A stretch of DNA of 64,000 nucleotides from a bacterium (GCA_009991595.1 JAACVK010000030.1:11262-75261), one strand, 5' to 3'; counted from the first letter of the stretch, positions 29,208-38,542 are shown. Made by a program: numbers and translations. Notes: a model not told the origin generated them from the sequence alone.

Positions 29208-29854
29208 AAGCGTCCGTTTTTCAAACGGTATTGAAAATTATATTGCTCCGCGAGGTGCCCATCATGGGTCACCGACAGCAAAGTCACATTTCGTTGCTTC
29301 GTTAAGTTGAGCAATAAGCGCACCACGTCCTGGGCTCGCTCTGGATCAAGATTCCCCGTAGCTTCGTCTGTAAGCAGCACTTGCGGATCGTTAATCAGCG
29401 CCCGAGCAATAGCAACGCGCTGCGCCTCACCGCCCGAAAGCTGCCAAGGGTAGTAACGCGACTTGTCTAATATGCCTACCTCGTCCAAGAGCGCCTCTGC
29501 CTTTTTTTTATCTTCCGTTCCCCGAAGAGTGCTAGGTAACATCACGTTCTGAAGAACACTCAGCTCTGGAATCAAATGATGAAACTGGAAAATAAACCCC
29601 AGGGTGTTGAGTCGAAACAAAGAGCGCTCACGATCACTCATGCCACTTACTTTTTTACCGTCAATGAGAAGATCACCAGAGTCGATGTCATCCAGTAAAC
29701 CAAAGCAGTTCAGCAGAGTTGATTTACCCGATCCAGACTCTCCACGAAGCGAAACGCTCGAACCAGTAGGAACTTCAAAATCTAACTGGTCCAAAACCAT
29801 CAAACGCTCAGGAGTGAAATACGCTTTGGAAATTTTCTTCGCCTGAAAAATCAT
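29183..29854 (-). CDS. lolD: Lipoprotein-releasing ABC ATPase LolD
   Basis: GESGSGKSTLL, GFIFQFHHLIPE, LSGGEAQRVAIARAL, DEATGNLD and VTHD. Start reset to ATG 29854. Confidence 0.88.
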   Translation of the reverse strand: MIFQAKKISKAYFTPERLMVLDQLDFEVPTGSSVSLRGESGSGKSTLLNCFGLLDDIDSGDLLIDGKKVSGMSDRERSLFRLNTLGFIFQFHHLIPELSVLQNVMLPSTLRGTEDKKKAEALLDEVGILDKSRYYPWQLSGGEAQRVAIARALINDPQVLLTDEATGNLDPERAQDVVRLLLNLTKQRNVTLLSVTHDGHLAEQYNFQYRLKNGRLWDCVGKS

Positions 29855-30106
29855 TCCGGATAAACCTAAGCTTAGCCTTGTTGTATGTCTACACCATGAC
29901 CAAGCTACGGATACAGTGCCTCGCGTTAAACGCAACCCTTTCGGAGGGTTTATGCAGTCATCTCGGGTTTTTCTGCAAGAGGCTGGAGCAATGTCCGAAA
30001 ACATGATCCTCGTCATAGGCAATGGGAATCGTTTTACAAGACAACTATCTGGACTATAAACAGGCTCGTGGTTCTAATAACAGAACCTTCAACCGGGAGG
30101 AATTTA

Positions 30107-30880
30107 ATGAAAACAATTCAAAATTTATTTTTAGCTTCAACGCTAGTATTAGGATCTCAAGTGGCTCTTGCAGAGGCAGACAGCGTTTTAATCGAAGTAG
30201 GAGTGCAACGAGTTTTTGTTCCACTCAACGGATATGACGACAACGACACAGTGGAGGTTGTTATCGATGGCTACCTACCAAACTCTTGTTACACGCTCGA
30301 ACAACACGTCGTTGAACGAAATGCCGAAGACAATTCGTTCTCAATCAAACAGTATGCGGTTCAACAAATGGGAGGCCTCTGCGCAGAATCCAATTCAGAG
30401 GACCCTCGCCTTACAACATTGGTTCCTTATACCAACACAATCGTTCTCGGAAAAGTTGACGCTGGTTCATACAAAGTTGAGTTCACACCTGACAGAGTGT
30501 CTACTCAAAACCGAGCCTTCAATGTGACACAAGCGCCCGTCACTACAATCGACACACTTCCGTATGCCATGGTGACGAACGTTCAAATCTCCGACCTCGT
30601 GCAATCTGGAAACCATATTGCCGCCGAGATTAGCGGAACCTTGAACAACTCTTGTTATCACTTTAACGACACTGTTCGCGTTGAAAAAGTTGATGATGTT
30701 TTGGTGGTTTTACCAACAATCACAGTCGACATGAGTCAACCCTGTTTGATGTTTGTAAGAACCTTCAGCAAAACTGTCGACCTAGGCGCCTACTCTGCAG
30801 ATCGCTACTTACTTCATGTGCGTAGCATGAACGGAAAATCTCTAAACAGAGTGTTCTCCGTGGTCGATGCTGTGAACTAA
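30107..30880 (+). CDS. Secreted protein with two tandem Cys-containing beta domains
   Basis: GGGAGG RBS and signal peptide (ALA-E); internal repeats VVIDGYLPNSCY / AEISGTLNNSCY and LGKVDAGSY / LGAYSADRY. Confidence 0.8.
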   Translation: MKTIQNLFLASTLVLGSQVALAEADSVLIEVGVQRVFVPLNGYDDNDTVEVVIDGYLPNSCYTLEQHVVERNAEDNSFSIKQYAVQQMGGLCAESNSEDPRLTTLVPYTNTIVLGKVDAGSYKVEFTPDRVSTQNRAFNVTQAPVTTIDTLPYAMVTNVQISDLVQSGNHIAAEISGTLNNSCYHFNDTVRVEKVDDVLVVLPTITVDMSQPCLMFVRTFSKTVDLGAYSADRYLLHVRSMNGKSLNRVFSVVDAVN

Positions 30881-30905
30881 GTGCAAGCAAGACCTTGACT
30901 TCAGT

Positions 30906-30945
30906 ATTAGGTGGGTCGTCTTTGAAACGACCCACCTAATTTTTT
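30906..30945 (+). terminator. Rho-independent terminator
   Basis: Perfect 14-bp stem ATTAGGTGGGTCGT / ACGACCCACCTAAT with a 7-nt loop, followed by a T-run, 25 nt after the stop. Confidence 0.9.
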
Positions 30946-31065
30946 AAACGCCCTACCCTTGTTTTCAATATTAAGATTTTGTCCAAAGACTCTACAAGAT
31001 CGAAAGTTCGACACTCACAATACACCTAAGCCGCTGATTTTACATGATAAAATCTTAACAAAAGC

Positions 31066-31081
31066 TGGGCCCATTCTTGCA
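31066..31081 (+). promoter_or_regulatory. Sigma54-like promoter
   Basis: TGGGCCCATTCTTGCA with GG/GC 12 nt apart; IHF-like AATCAGCGGCTTA on the minus strand at about 31027-31039. Confidence 0.6.
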
Positions 31082-31092
31082 ATAATAGACCC

Positions 31093-32205
31093 ATGAGGGC
31101 TTTCACAATGTTAAGACCAACTAGATTCTTAGGCACCTTTTTGGCCGGATTTCTCCTTTGCAGCACAATAAGCAAGCAGGCAATGGCCAAGAAGCCCTAC
31201 GAGATAATCCTAGAACGAGCCCGTAAGAAGCGAAAAGAAAACCAGGAAAAGCAAAAACCAAAAGTGCCCCTTTTTGAGAAACTCTTTTCAAAGTTCAAAA
31301 AAAGAAACAAGCAACCTGAAGGCCAAGAAAAGCTCAATGAAGAAACGCAGGTTCCAATCATTCTAGGGCGAGATTCAACGCCTAGCTATCGAGATGATAA
31401 CAGACCTGGTTTTGGTCAGATTATAAATGAGATTCAACCCATCGAGGAGCTTGATGCCGCAAGCGAAGGAAATCCCCAAAACCACCTAGAGCCCATCGGC
31501 CTGGGAGAAAGCTTCTTGATCCAGCTTCCAGAAGAAATGAGCGGCCAAGAAATAGAAGAAATTAGAAGAGCGCAAATCCCTACTCAACCCATGGAAACAG
31601 GAATTCTATTCCAAAGCTCTACCCCGGCGGCGCCAGAGCAAAGAGCTCCTATTTCTAAAATTGCGCTCGAGGCTAAGCTTCGAAATCTTGCCGATCAATA
31701 CATTGAACTAGACAGAGGAAATGTTCGGACCATTCCAAATGAAAACAACTGGAGCAGAAGGTTAAACGGTACAGAAATCGCCTCTAGACAATCAAAGCTT
31801 CTTGCCGAAATGGTCAGCCTTCAAGAAGGATTGGAAAAAATAGACAATCCTATGGCCGAGGTAGATCAAACTATGCTTAAAGAGAAGGTAGAGAGAAATA
31901 TACAAGCACGTTTCGAGGAACAAAAAAGCGCTGCACAAGGTGCCATTAGAGTGAATCAGGAGTTTGTGAATCAAAACCAACAAGAAATCGATGCTCTTGA
32001 TCGAGAACTTCGAGAGAAACTAAGAAACGATCTAGCCTTTCACTACAGTGAGCGAGCCGAAGAAATTCGTAGCGAAATCCAAAAGCGGAAAAATAGCAAC
32101 GCCAATCTAAGCCTAGAAGCTCACAGAATAGAGACTGCCAACAGGGAAGCTTCCTCAAAAATAAGACCCACAGATTGGTGTCGGGTTAGTATAAAAGGCT
32201 TCTGA
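31093..32205 (+). CDS. Hypothetical secreted protein with acidic linker and coiled coil
   Basis: Signal peptide (AMA-K), basic N-terminus, E/P/Q-rich middle, long coiled coil, ends DWCRVSIKGF. True start may be ATG 31108. Confidence 0.7.
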   Translation: MRAFTMLRPTRFLGTFLAGFLLCSTISKQAMAKKPYEIILERARKKRKENQEKQKPKVPLFEKLFSKFKKRNKQPEGQEKLNEETQVPIILGRDSTPSYRDDNRPGFGQIINEIQPIEELDAASEGNPQNHLEPIGLGESFLIQLPEEMSGQEIEEIRRAQIPTQPMETGILFQSSTPAAPEQRAPISKIALEAKLRNLADQYIELDRGNVRTIPNENNWSRRLNGTEIASRQSKLLAEMVSLQEGLEKIDNPMAEVDQTMLKEKVERNIQARFEEQKSAAQGAIRVNQEFVNQNQQEIDALDRELREKLRNDLAFHYSERAEEIRSEIQKRKNSNANLSLEAHRIETANREASSKIRPTDWCRVSIKGF

Positions 32206-32210
32206 ATAGA

Positions 32211-33473
32211 TTAACGTCGATGCCCAAGCACCGACACGATCGACATTCTAGAGAGCATAAAGCCTAACAAACTAGCCACGCCAAAAGCTGAAAGCATACC
32301 AAAGCCAAAAACAAAACTCTGTTCTATAAACTCAAAACGAATCGGCAACTGAGAGACATTGTAAATATCGGCGGGCAGCTTTAAAAAAGGTAAACTTGGT
32401 AAAACGAAAGAAAGCAAATAACTGAGTGAAAAACCAATGGCGGTGGCAACGATTCCCATAAAAAAGCCCTGCAAAGAAGTCCAACGCATCAACTGCCGCT
32501 TAGACATACCAAGCGCTCGGATAAGAGCAATTTGACGATCTTTCTCAAAGAAAAGCACCAACAAGCTAGTTGCAACATTGAGAGCCGCAACAATGGTCAG
32601 CATCGCCATAACAACTGAAACAAGTCTTTTGTCGTGAGCAATTCCACCAAAGAAGTTTTTTTGCTCTTCTTTCCAAGAGGAGATGCGCGATACAGAATCC
32701 CCCGTTATCTTCTCCATATAAGTTTGTAGAGACTGAGCCATCCCGCTCATTTCTGCATTGTTTGCTCGATTTAAACTAGGGTCGAGAAAAAATCTCATCG
32801 CGTGAAAATCTCCTAAGCGACGAGAAAAAACATCAGGGTGATGTTTGCTAATGTAGCTTGTTAACTCCACTTCATCCAAAACGATGCGTCTTGAATCTAA
32901 ATGATGAATCCCTAAGCCATCCAAAGATTTAAGCTTCAGAGGGATCGCCTTTTTAAGATAGCCAGGGATAACAACACTAAAGGTGTCGCCTTCTTTTATC
33001 CCAAGGTAGTCAGCCAAACTTTGAGCGAGGGTCGCCGAAACAAATCTTGGAATTTGTATAGGTTTATCTTTCAAGCTCAAAAAACTGCGCCGAACCTCTG
33101 CTCGAACTCCGCGACCCGCTTCTTTTCCCACAATCATAACGGGAGCCGTCCAGAACATTTCAGCATCCTTCATCGCCACAGGAAACTCCTCTAAAGAATC
33201 GGGCAAGGAGGCGAAGTTATACCAATCACTCGCCTCGAAACGAAAGTGGCCGTTCTTCTCAATCACTCGACTAGATAAGAGTGATTCAAAGCCACTAAAA
33301 ACAGCAAGGGTTAAGGAAAGAGCACAAACACCTAAACTTAAAGCAACAATAGCGGCCCGAATACTACCAACAGACAGAGGCCGCTTAACAGAGTTTTTCC
33401 CCTGGTCTTGAACATAGCCACCCTTAAAAAGCCAAAGCCAGGTCAGGCGCCACCAACTCTTAGGAAAAATCAA
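32211..33473 (-). CDS. LolC/E-type (FtsX-like) ABC permease
   Basis: LGVCALSLTLAVFSGFE, VAALNV...L, EKDRQIALIRALGM and LPADIY....LP; follows lysS. Confidence 0.85.
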   Translation of the reverse strand: MIFPKSWWRLTWLWLFKGGYVQDQGKNSVKRPLSVGSIRAAIVALSLGVCALSLTLAVFSGFESLLSSRVIEKNGHFRFEASDWYNFASLPDSLEEFPVAMKDAEMFWTAPVMIVGKEAGRGVRAEVRRSFLSLKDKPIQIPRFVSATLAQSLADYLGIKEGDTFSVVIPGYLKKAIPLKLKSLDGLGIHHLDSRRIVLDEVELTSYISKHHPDVFSRRLGDFHAMRFFLDPSLNRANNAEMSGMAQSLQTYMEKITGDSVSRISSWKEEQKNFFGGIAHDKRLVSVVMAMLTIVAALNVATSLLVLFFEKDRQIALIRALGMSKRQLMRWTSLQGFFMGIVATAIGFSLSYLLSFVLPSLPFLKLPADIYNVSQLPIRFEFIEQSFVFGFGMLSAFGVASLLGFMLSRMSIVSVLGHRR

Positions 33474-33477
33474 ATAA

Positions 33478-34962
33478 CTATTCCCCTCTCATTTGAGGAA
33501 ACAAAATCACATCACGAATACTAGCGCTATTAGTGAGAAGCATCGTCAAACGGTCAATACCGATCCCTTCGCCCGCTGTTGGCGGCAGACCAAACTCTAA
33601 GGCGTTAATGTAGTCAGCGTCGTAATCACAAGCCTCATCATTGCCCGCGTCTTTCTCAGCAACCTGGGCTTCGAAGCGAGACTTCTGATCATCTGGGTCG
33701 TTGAGTTCGTTGAAACCGTTTGCAATCTCGGTGCCACAAACATACAATTCAAAGCGATCGGTGACATCAAAACCCTCTGAGGAGGGTTTATCAGAACGGC
33801 GAGCCAGTGGCGAAATTTCAGTCGGAAACCCAACTACAAAAGTTGGCTGTCTAAGTTGACTCTCAACGTCTTCCTCAAAGATTAAAGACAGTAAAGTTCC
33901 AGGTCCCTCTCGACCTGTTAATGTCACACCACGCTTCTTCAAATAAGCGCGCATGCCATCGTGATCCTGAAGCTTGCCTTCATAGGCGGAATGCGTTTTC
34001 ACCGCATTCTCCATCGAGATTCGCGTCCAAGGAGATTTAAAATTCAATTTCTCACCTTGGTATTCCAACTCGAAGCTTCCGTGAATGTCGTGAACCAAGG
34101 CGCTCACTAATTCTTCGGTCATATCCATCAACTTATGATAAGTGGCGTAAGCCATATAAAACTCAAGCATTGTAAACTCAGGATTATGCCGAACACTGAT
34201 TCCTTCATTTCTAAAGTTGCGGTTGATTTCAAAAACTCGCTCTAATCCACCCACCACCAAACGCTTTAAATGCAACTCGGGTGCAATTCTCAAGAATAGT
34301 GGAATATCTAAAGCGTTGTGATGCGTCTTGAACGGTTTGGCCGTTGCGCCAGAAACTAGAGAATGCATCATGGGAGTTTCGACTTCTAAAAAGTCGCGTT
34401 TTAAAAAATAGTCTCGAACACCCTGAACAATTTTAGATCGCGTTTTAAAAGTTTTTCTTGTCTCTTCGTTAGAAATCAAATCCAGATAACGCTTACGATA
34501 GCGCTCTTCAACATCCGTCAAACCATGAAACTTTTCAGGAGGTGTGTGCAAACACTTCGACAAGATCTGAAGCTTCAAACACTCCAGAGTGAGCTCCTCG
34601 GTTTTAGTTCTAAACAGAGTGCCCTCTGCGCGGACAATGTCTCCCAGATCAAGCCCCTTAAAGGCCGCAAAACTGGGATCATCGAGTTTTTCTTTAGACA
34701 CGTGAATCTGGATTTGACCATGACGATCGCGAATTTTTATAAATCCAGCCTTACCAAAAGAGCGAACAAAGGAAACACGACCGGCCAACTCAAAGCTGCC
34801 CGCCGATTCTAACTCAGTCGGATCGTTAACATCCTTATACTTTTGAAGAATTCCCTCACTGGTGTTTCCGACAGAAACATTGTGAGGATAAGCCACTCCG
34901 GCCTCTCTCAATCTGGATAATTTCTCTCGCCGGACTCGGCTCTGCTCGTCAATTTCGCTCAT
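33478..34962 (-). CDS. lysS: Lysine--tRNA ligase (class II)
   Basis: RYRKRYLDL, FLEVETPMM, LRIAPELHLKRL.VGG, FRNEGIS.RHNPEFT and GLPPTAGEGIGIDRL. Confidence 0.98.
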   Translation of the reverse strand: MSEIDEQSRVRREKLSRLREAGVAYPHNVSVGNTSEGILQKYKDVNDPTELESAGSFELAGRVSFVRSFGKAGFIKIRDRHGQIQIHVSKEKLDDPSFAAFKGLDLGDIVRAEGTLFRTKTEELTLECLKLQILSKCLHTPPEKFHGLTDVEERYRKRYLDLISNEETRKTFKTRSKIVQGVRDYFLKRDFLEVETPMMHSLVSGATAKPFKTHHNALDIPLFLRIAPELHLKRLVVGGLERVFEINRNFRNEGISVRHNPEFTMLEFYMAYATYHKLMDMTEELVSALVHDIHGSFELEYQGEKLNFKSPWTRISMENAVKTHSAYEGKLQDHDGMRAYLKKRGVTLTGREGPGTLLSLIFEEDVESQLRQPTFVVGFPTEISPLARRSDKPSSEGFDVTDRFELYVCGTEIANGFNELNDPDDQKSRFEAQVAEKDAGNDEACDYDADYINALEFGLPPTAGEGIGIDRLTMLLTNSASIRDVILFPQMRGE

Positions 34963-35063
34963 CTCTCCTCTCTAAACCGGGCCTAGGCCATAGCCAAGGC
35001 CTCTCAGGTGAAAATTTAACCCCTGAAAATTTTAAGATGTTGAGTTTTCAATGGTTTTCTTAA

Positions 35064-35092
35064 TTGCCCTCACCAGCCGATCAGGCTATTCT
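35064..35092 (+). promoter_or_regulatory. Sigma70 promoter giving a probably leaderless mRNA
   Basis: TTGCCC, 17 bp, TATTCT, then 7 nt to ATG 35100 with no SD. Confidence 0.65.
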
Positions 35093-35099
35093 CTGTTGC

Positions 35100-35567
35100 A
35101 TGCAAGACATCGATTTTGAGAACTTCAGCGTCGAACAAGAGAAGGCCGAAGAAATTCGCCGGAGCATTGAGATTATCAAAGAGCAGGACTTGGTCGCTGA
35201 TCTTAAGATCCTTTGCAGTGAGCTCGGCTATGACGTCGAAGTGCCTGGCGAGCAAGAGAGCCTCCCAGGAATGGGCAAAGGCCCCAAGGATTTGTGCCTA
35301 GAGATTTGTTCCATTGAGAACAACCGCGAATACCTCTTTGAGTTGGCTGGCAATGAACTGCGATTTAGCATCGCCGGACAGTTAGTTTGCGATGTTTCTT
35401 TCTTGCCCAAGAACAATGAATTTTTAGTGGGCTTTGTGCACACTGAACTGTGGAAAGCCTTCGAAGAAGAACACTCTGCTTTTGAAAACATTGTCGCTAT
35501 GGCCAAGAAAAGAAAAGGCGAACGCCAAAAGCTTTGGAAAGCCCGCTTCAATAAAAAGAAAAACTAA
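35100..35567 (+). CDS. Hypothetical cytoplasmic protein (acidic, basic C-terminal tail)
   Basis: ORF fills the gap between lysS and the convergent gene; start moved to ATG 35100. Confidence 0.7.
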   Translation: MQDIDFENFSVEQEKAEEIRRSIEIIKEQDLVADLKILCSELGYDVEVPGEQESLPGMGKGPKDLCLEICSIENNREYLFELAGNELRFSIAGQLVCDVSFLPKNNEFLVGFVHTELWKAFEEEHSAFENIVAMAKKRKGERQKLWKARFNKKKN

Positions 35568-35570
35568 TTA

Positions 35571-36533
35571 TTAATACAACTCGACTTGGTCGCCGGGGAA
35601 AACACCCCCACCACTTTGAAGAATTGCTATAGACCCATCTAACCCAAAATATTGGATCACTTTGATAGTGCCCTTTAAACGTCCTGGAGCTGCCCCAACA
35701 GGCATACCGCTGTCAGGATCGTAGATATCACGTGATCGCTCTAAAACTTTCAGCACATCCCCCAGCCGGATTCCGGTAGTTCGACCTGAGTTGATAAAAA
35801 TTCGATTGGACTCAATCTTCAGAATCTTACCCTGCCATCCCAGTTTTCCCGAGTAGGGGATGAGTTCATACATAATCTTCTTTGCAATCTTATTTGCGAC
35901 AAGACCAATTTTCTTTCGTGGCTGCGAAAGCTTGTTGGTTAAGCGCATAACATCCGACCTGGTTTCGGCAAAATAATCTTCAACCTCACCTTCATGCACT
36001 TTACGGCCAGAAACAGCATCGTAAAGCTCGTATCTAACTCGCACTTTCAGCATGACTTTGCGAGTTCGAAGCACGCCCTCGGCTTCTTCTTCCTCTACGA
36101 CCTCTACACTCAGGACGTCACCCTTTAAAAAACCCGCAACAGTTGCCCCTTGTGCGATTTTTACTAACTCTTCGTGATCTGTGCTGCTATCAATACCAAT
36201 CGCCTTTAAGGTGCGCTGGTCACTTGTGGGTAGAATGAATGGATTAGTGGCTCGTCCGGTCTCTCCAAACAGTTCTACTTGTAAAATTGCAGGAACATGA
36301 TAGCGCTCAATTTCTTCGTTAGTGGCGTAACTCTTTGTGAATGGAAGAATCCAAAGTCTTTTATTTAAATCGGGTGTCGCAAATTTGCGCTTCTCCTTTT
36401 GAGCGATCACTGCTTTGTTGCTTGTTCCCGCTAGCTGAGGGTCTTGCCGCACGACTGGCTTCACACAAGCACTTAAAAGGACCGCCGTTATCAAGGTGAA
36501 TAAAATCCGCATAACCTTTAGTTTAAGGCTCAT
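35571..36533 (-). CDS. Lipoprotein with CsgG/FlgT-like domain architecture
   Basis: Lipobox LLSAC; C-terminal WQGKILKI....IFINSG...GI..GD.L.V resembles FlgT_C. Confidence 0.7.
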   Translation of the reverse strand: MSLKLKVMRILFTLITAVLLSACVKPVVRQDPQLAGTSNKAVIAQKEKRKFATPDLNKRLWILPFTKSYATNEEIERYHVPAILQVELFGETGRATNPFILPTSDQRTLKAIGIDSSTDHEELVKIAQGATVAGFLKGDVLSVEVVEEEEAEGVLRTRKVMLKVRVRYELYDAVSGRKVHEGEVEDYFAETRSDVMRLTNKLSQPRKKIGLVANKIAKKIMYELIPYSGKLGWQGKILKIESNRIFINSGRTTGIRLGDVLKVLERSRDIYDPDSGMPVGAAPGRLKGTIKVIQYFGLDGSIAILQSGGGVFPGDQVELY

Positions 36534-36625
36534 TAGCGCTCAGCTCTAGCCCGCGAACTGTCAGGTTTCAGGCATAGGCCGGAGCCGACATCTAAAGCCA
36601 AGACATGACTTGAACTATAGCAGTA

Positions 36626-38542
36626 GTGAGCATAGCATCGAAAATTAAGCACTTTTTAAATATGAGCAACCAAGAAAACAAACACAGCAATGGAATTTGG
36701 TCAGTTTGCCTAGCATCTCTAGGCATCGTTTATGGAGACATCGGCACAAGCCCACTCTACGCTTTCAGAGAATGTTTCATTGAAGACCACGGACTGATGC
36801 TCAAAGAAGCTAGTGTTTTGGGTGTTTTGTCACTCATTTTTTGGTCTCTTGTAACAGTAATCAGTCTTAAATACATGGTCTTCGTTCTGCGGGCAGACAA
36901 CAATGGAGAAGGCGGTGTCCTTGCTTTAAGCGAACTCTGCCAAGTGGAAGCCAAACGAGGGAAACTAAAAAAAGTAATCATAGCCGCAGGACTATTCGGC
37001 TCTGCTCTTCTTTACGGAGATGGAGTCATCACCCCTGCGATTTCTGTTTTAAGTGCGATAGAAGGTTTGAACGTTGCCACCCCCATTTTTGAAGACTTCA
37101 TAGTTCCGATCACAATTGTAATTCTAATGGGCTTATTTGCGGTTCAAAAAGGCGGCACTGCTAAAATTGGTAAAATCCTAGGACCCGTTATGCTTGTGTG
37201 GTTCTCGTTTTTAGCAATCTTAGGAGTCAAAGGTATTCTTTTGAACCCAAGTGTTTTAAAGGCCATTTCCCCCTATTACGCGCTTCACTACTTTGTAGAA
37301 TTTAAAACTGCAGCTTTTGTCTCCATGGGTGCAGTTTTCTTAGTAGTCACCGGAGGTGAAGCTCTCTATGCAGACATGGGTCACTTTAACAAACGCCCCA
37401 TCCGTCTGGCTTGGTTCTATCTAACTCTACCAGCTCTGCTTTTAAATTATTTTGGACAAGGTGCTTTGCTCATCCAAAATCCAGAGGCAATTGTTAACCC
37501 ATTTTATGAACTCGTACCAAGGTTTCTGCTTTACCCAGCCATTCTCCTCGCCACCTGTGCGACGGTGATTGCCTCCCAAGCCGTCATTTCAGGAGTGTTC
37601 TCACTAACAACTCAAGCCATACAGCTGGGCTACTCCCCTCGCTTTAAAATCGTCCACACTTCCCAAAAGGAAATTGGACAAGTCTACTTACCGCAAATCA
37701 ATCGAATCATGTGTGTTGCGACTATTTTACTAGTCCTCATGTTTAAGTCATCCACCTCTTTGGCGGCCGCCTATGGAATCGCAGTATCTCTTACAATGAT
37801 TCTCACCACTTTGCTGGTTCTTTATCTAGCCATTAAAAAATGGAACTGGCCTAAATGGGGAATAGTCCTCTTCGCTTTATTTTTCGTCAGCTTAGATGGT
37901 TTGTTCTTCTCTGCAAATGCACTTAAATTTATGGACGGCGGTTGGTTCCCTCTGGTCGTTGCAAGCAGCATTTTCATAATGATGACGACCTGGAGAAAAG
38001 GCCGAAGGCTTTTGGCTATTGTCATGAAGAAAAGCATCGTCAACATTTCAAAGCTCCAAGAGATTATCGACGAGAACAAAGCCATTACGGTTGATGGCAC
38101 GGCCGTGTTTATGATCGGAAACCCCGACACACTTCCACCTGCCTTGATTCACAACCTAAGAAACAACCGGGTGATTCATAAAACGAATATCTTCTTAACC
38201 TTCACAAGCACCATCTCGGCTTACGTGCCTTACAATCAACAGATCACCATTCTGCACAAAGACCAATACTACACGCGCGTTCTTGTAAAAATTGGTTTTA
38301 GACAAGAGCCAAAAGTTCCTGCCATCTTGAAGAGGTTGCAAGATCAGATTCCAGTTGGAGACTTAGATCGCATCACTTACTTCATCGGTCGAGAAACCCT
38401 TATTCCATCAAGAGACTTTGGCCTCGTATTCTGGAGAGCTCAACTTTTCGCAATGATGGCAAAGAATGCCCAATCAGCGACTCAATTCTTCGAAATTCCA
38501 CCCGACCAAGTGATGGAAATCGGAATGCAGTTAAAAATTTAA
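36626..38542 (+). CDS. kup: Potassium transporter Kup
   Basis: GIVYGDIGTSPLY, ADNNGEGG, YGDGVITPAISVLSAIEG, TGGEALYADMGHF, LNYFGQGA and AYGIAV. Confidence 0.97.
   Translation: MSIASKIKHFLNMSNQENKHSNGIWSVCLASLGIVYGDIGTSPLYAFRECFIEDHGLMLKEASVLGVLSLIFWSLVTVISLKYMVFVLRADNNGEGGVLALSELCQVEAKRGKLKKVIIAAGLFGSALLYGDGVITPAISVLSAIEGLNVATPIFEDFIVPITIVILMGLFAVQKGGTAKIGKILGPVMLVWFSFLAILGVKGILLNPSVLKAISPYYALHYFVEFKTAAFVSMGAVFLVVTGGEALYADMGHFNKRPIRLAWFYLTLPALLLNYFGQGALLIQNPEAIVNPFYELVPRFLLYPAILLATCATVIASQAVISGVFSLTTQAIQLGYSPRFKIVHTSQKEIGQVYLPQINRIMCVATILLVLMFKSSTSLAAAYGIAVSLTMILTTLLVLYLAIKKWNWPKWGIVLFALFFVSLDGLFFSANALKFMDGGWFPLVVASSIFIMMTTWRKGRRLLAIVMKKSIVNISKLQEIIDENKAITVDGTAVFMIGNPDTLPPALIHNLRNNRVIHKTNIFLTFTSTISAYVPYNQQITILHKDQYYTRVLVKIGFRQEPKVPAILKRLQDQIPVGDLDRITYFIGRETLIPSRDFGLVFWRAQLFAMMAKNAQSATQFFEIPPDQVMEIGMQLKI

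Noticed and set aside
29855..30022. N-terminal extension of LolD in the ORF track
   Set aside because: Not LolD-like; homology starts at MIFQAKKIS (ATG 29854), and the stretch is the divergent promoter region.
34975..35006. Cluster of short GGCC palindromes upstream of lysS
   Set aside because: Too short and imperfect to support a T-box, riboswitch or repeat element.
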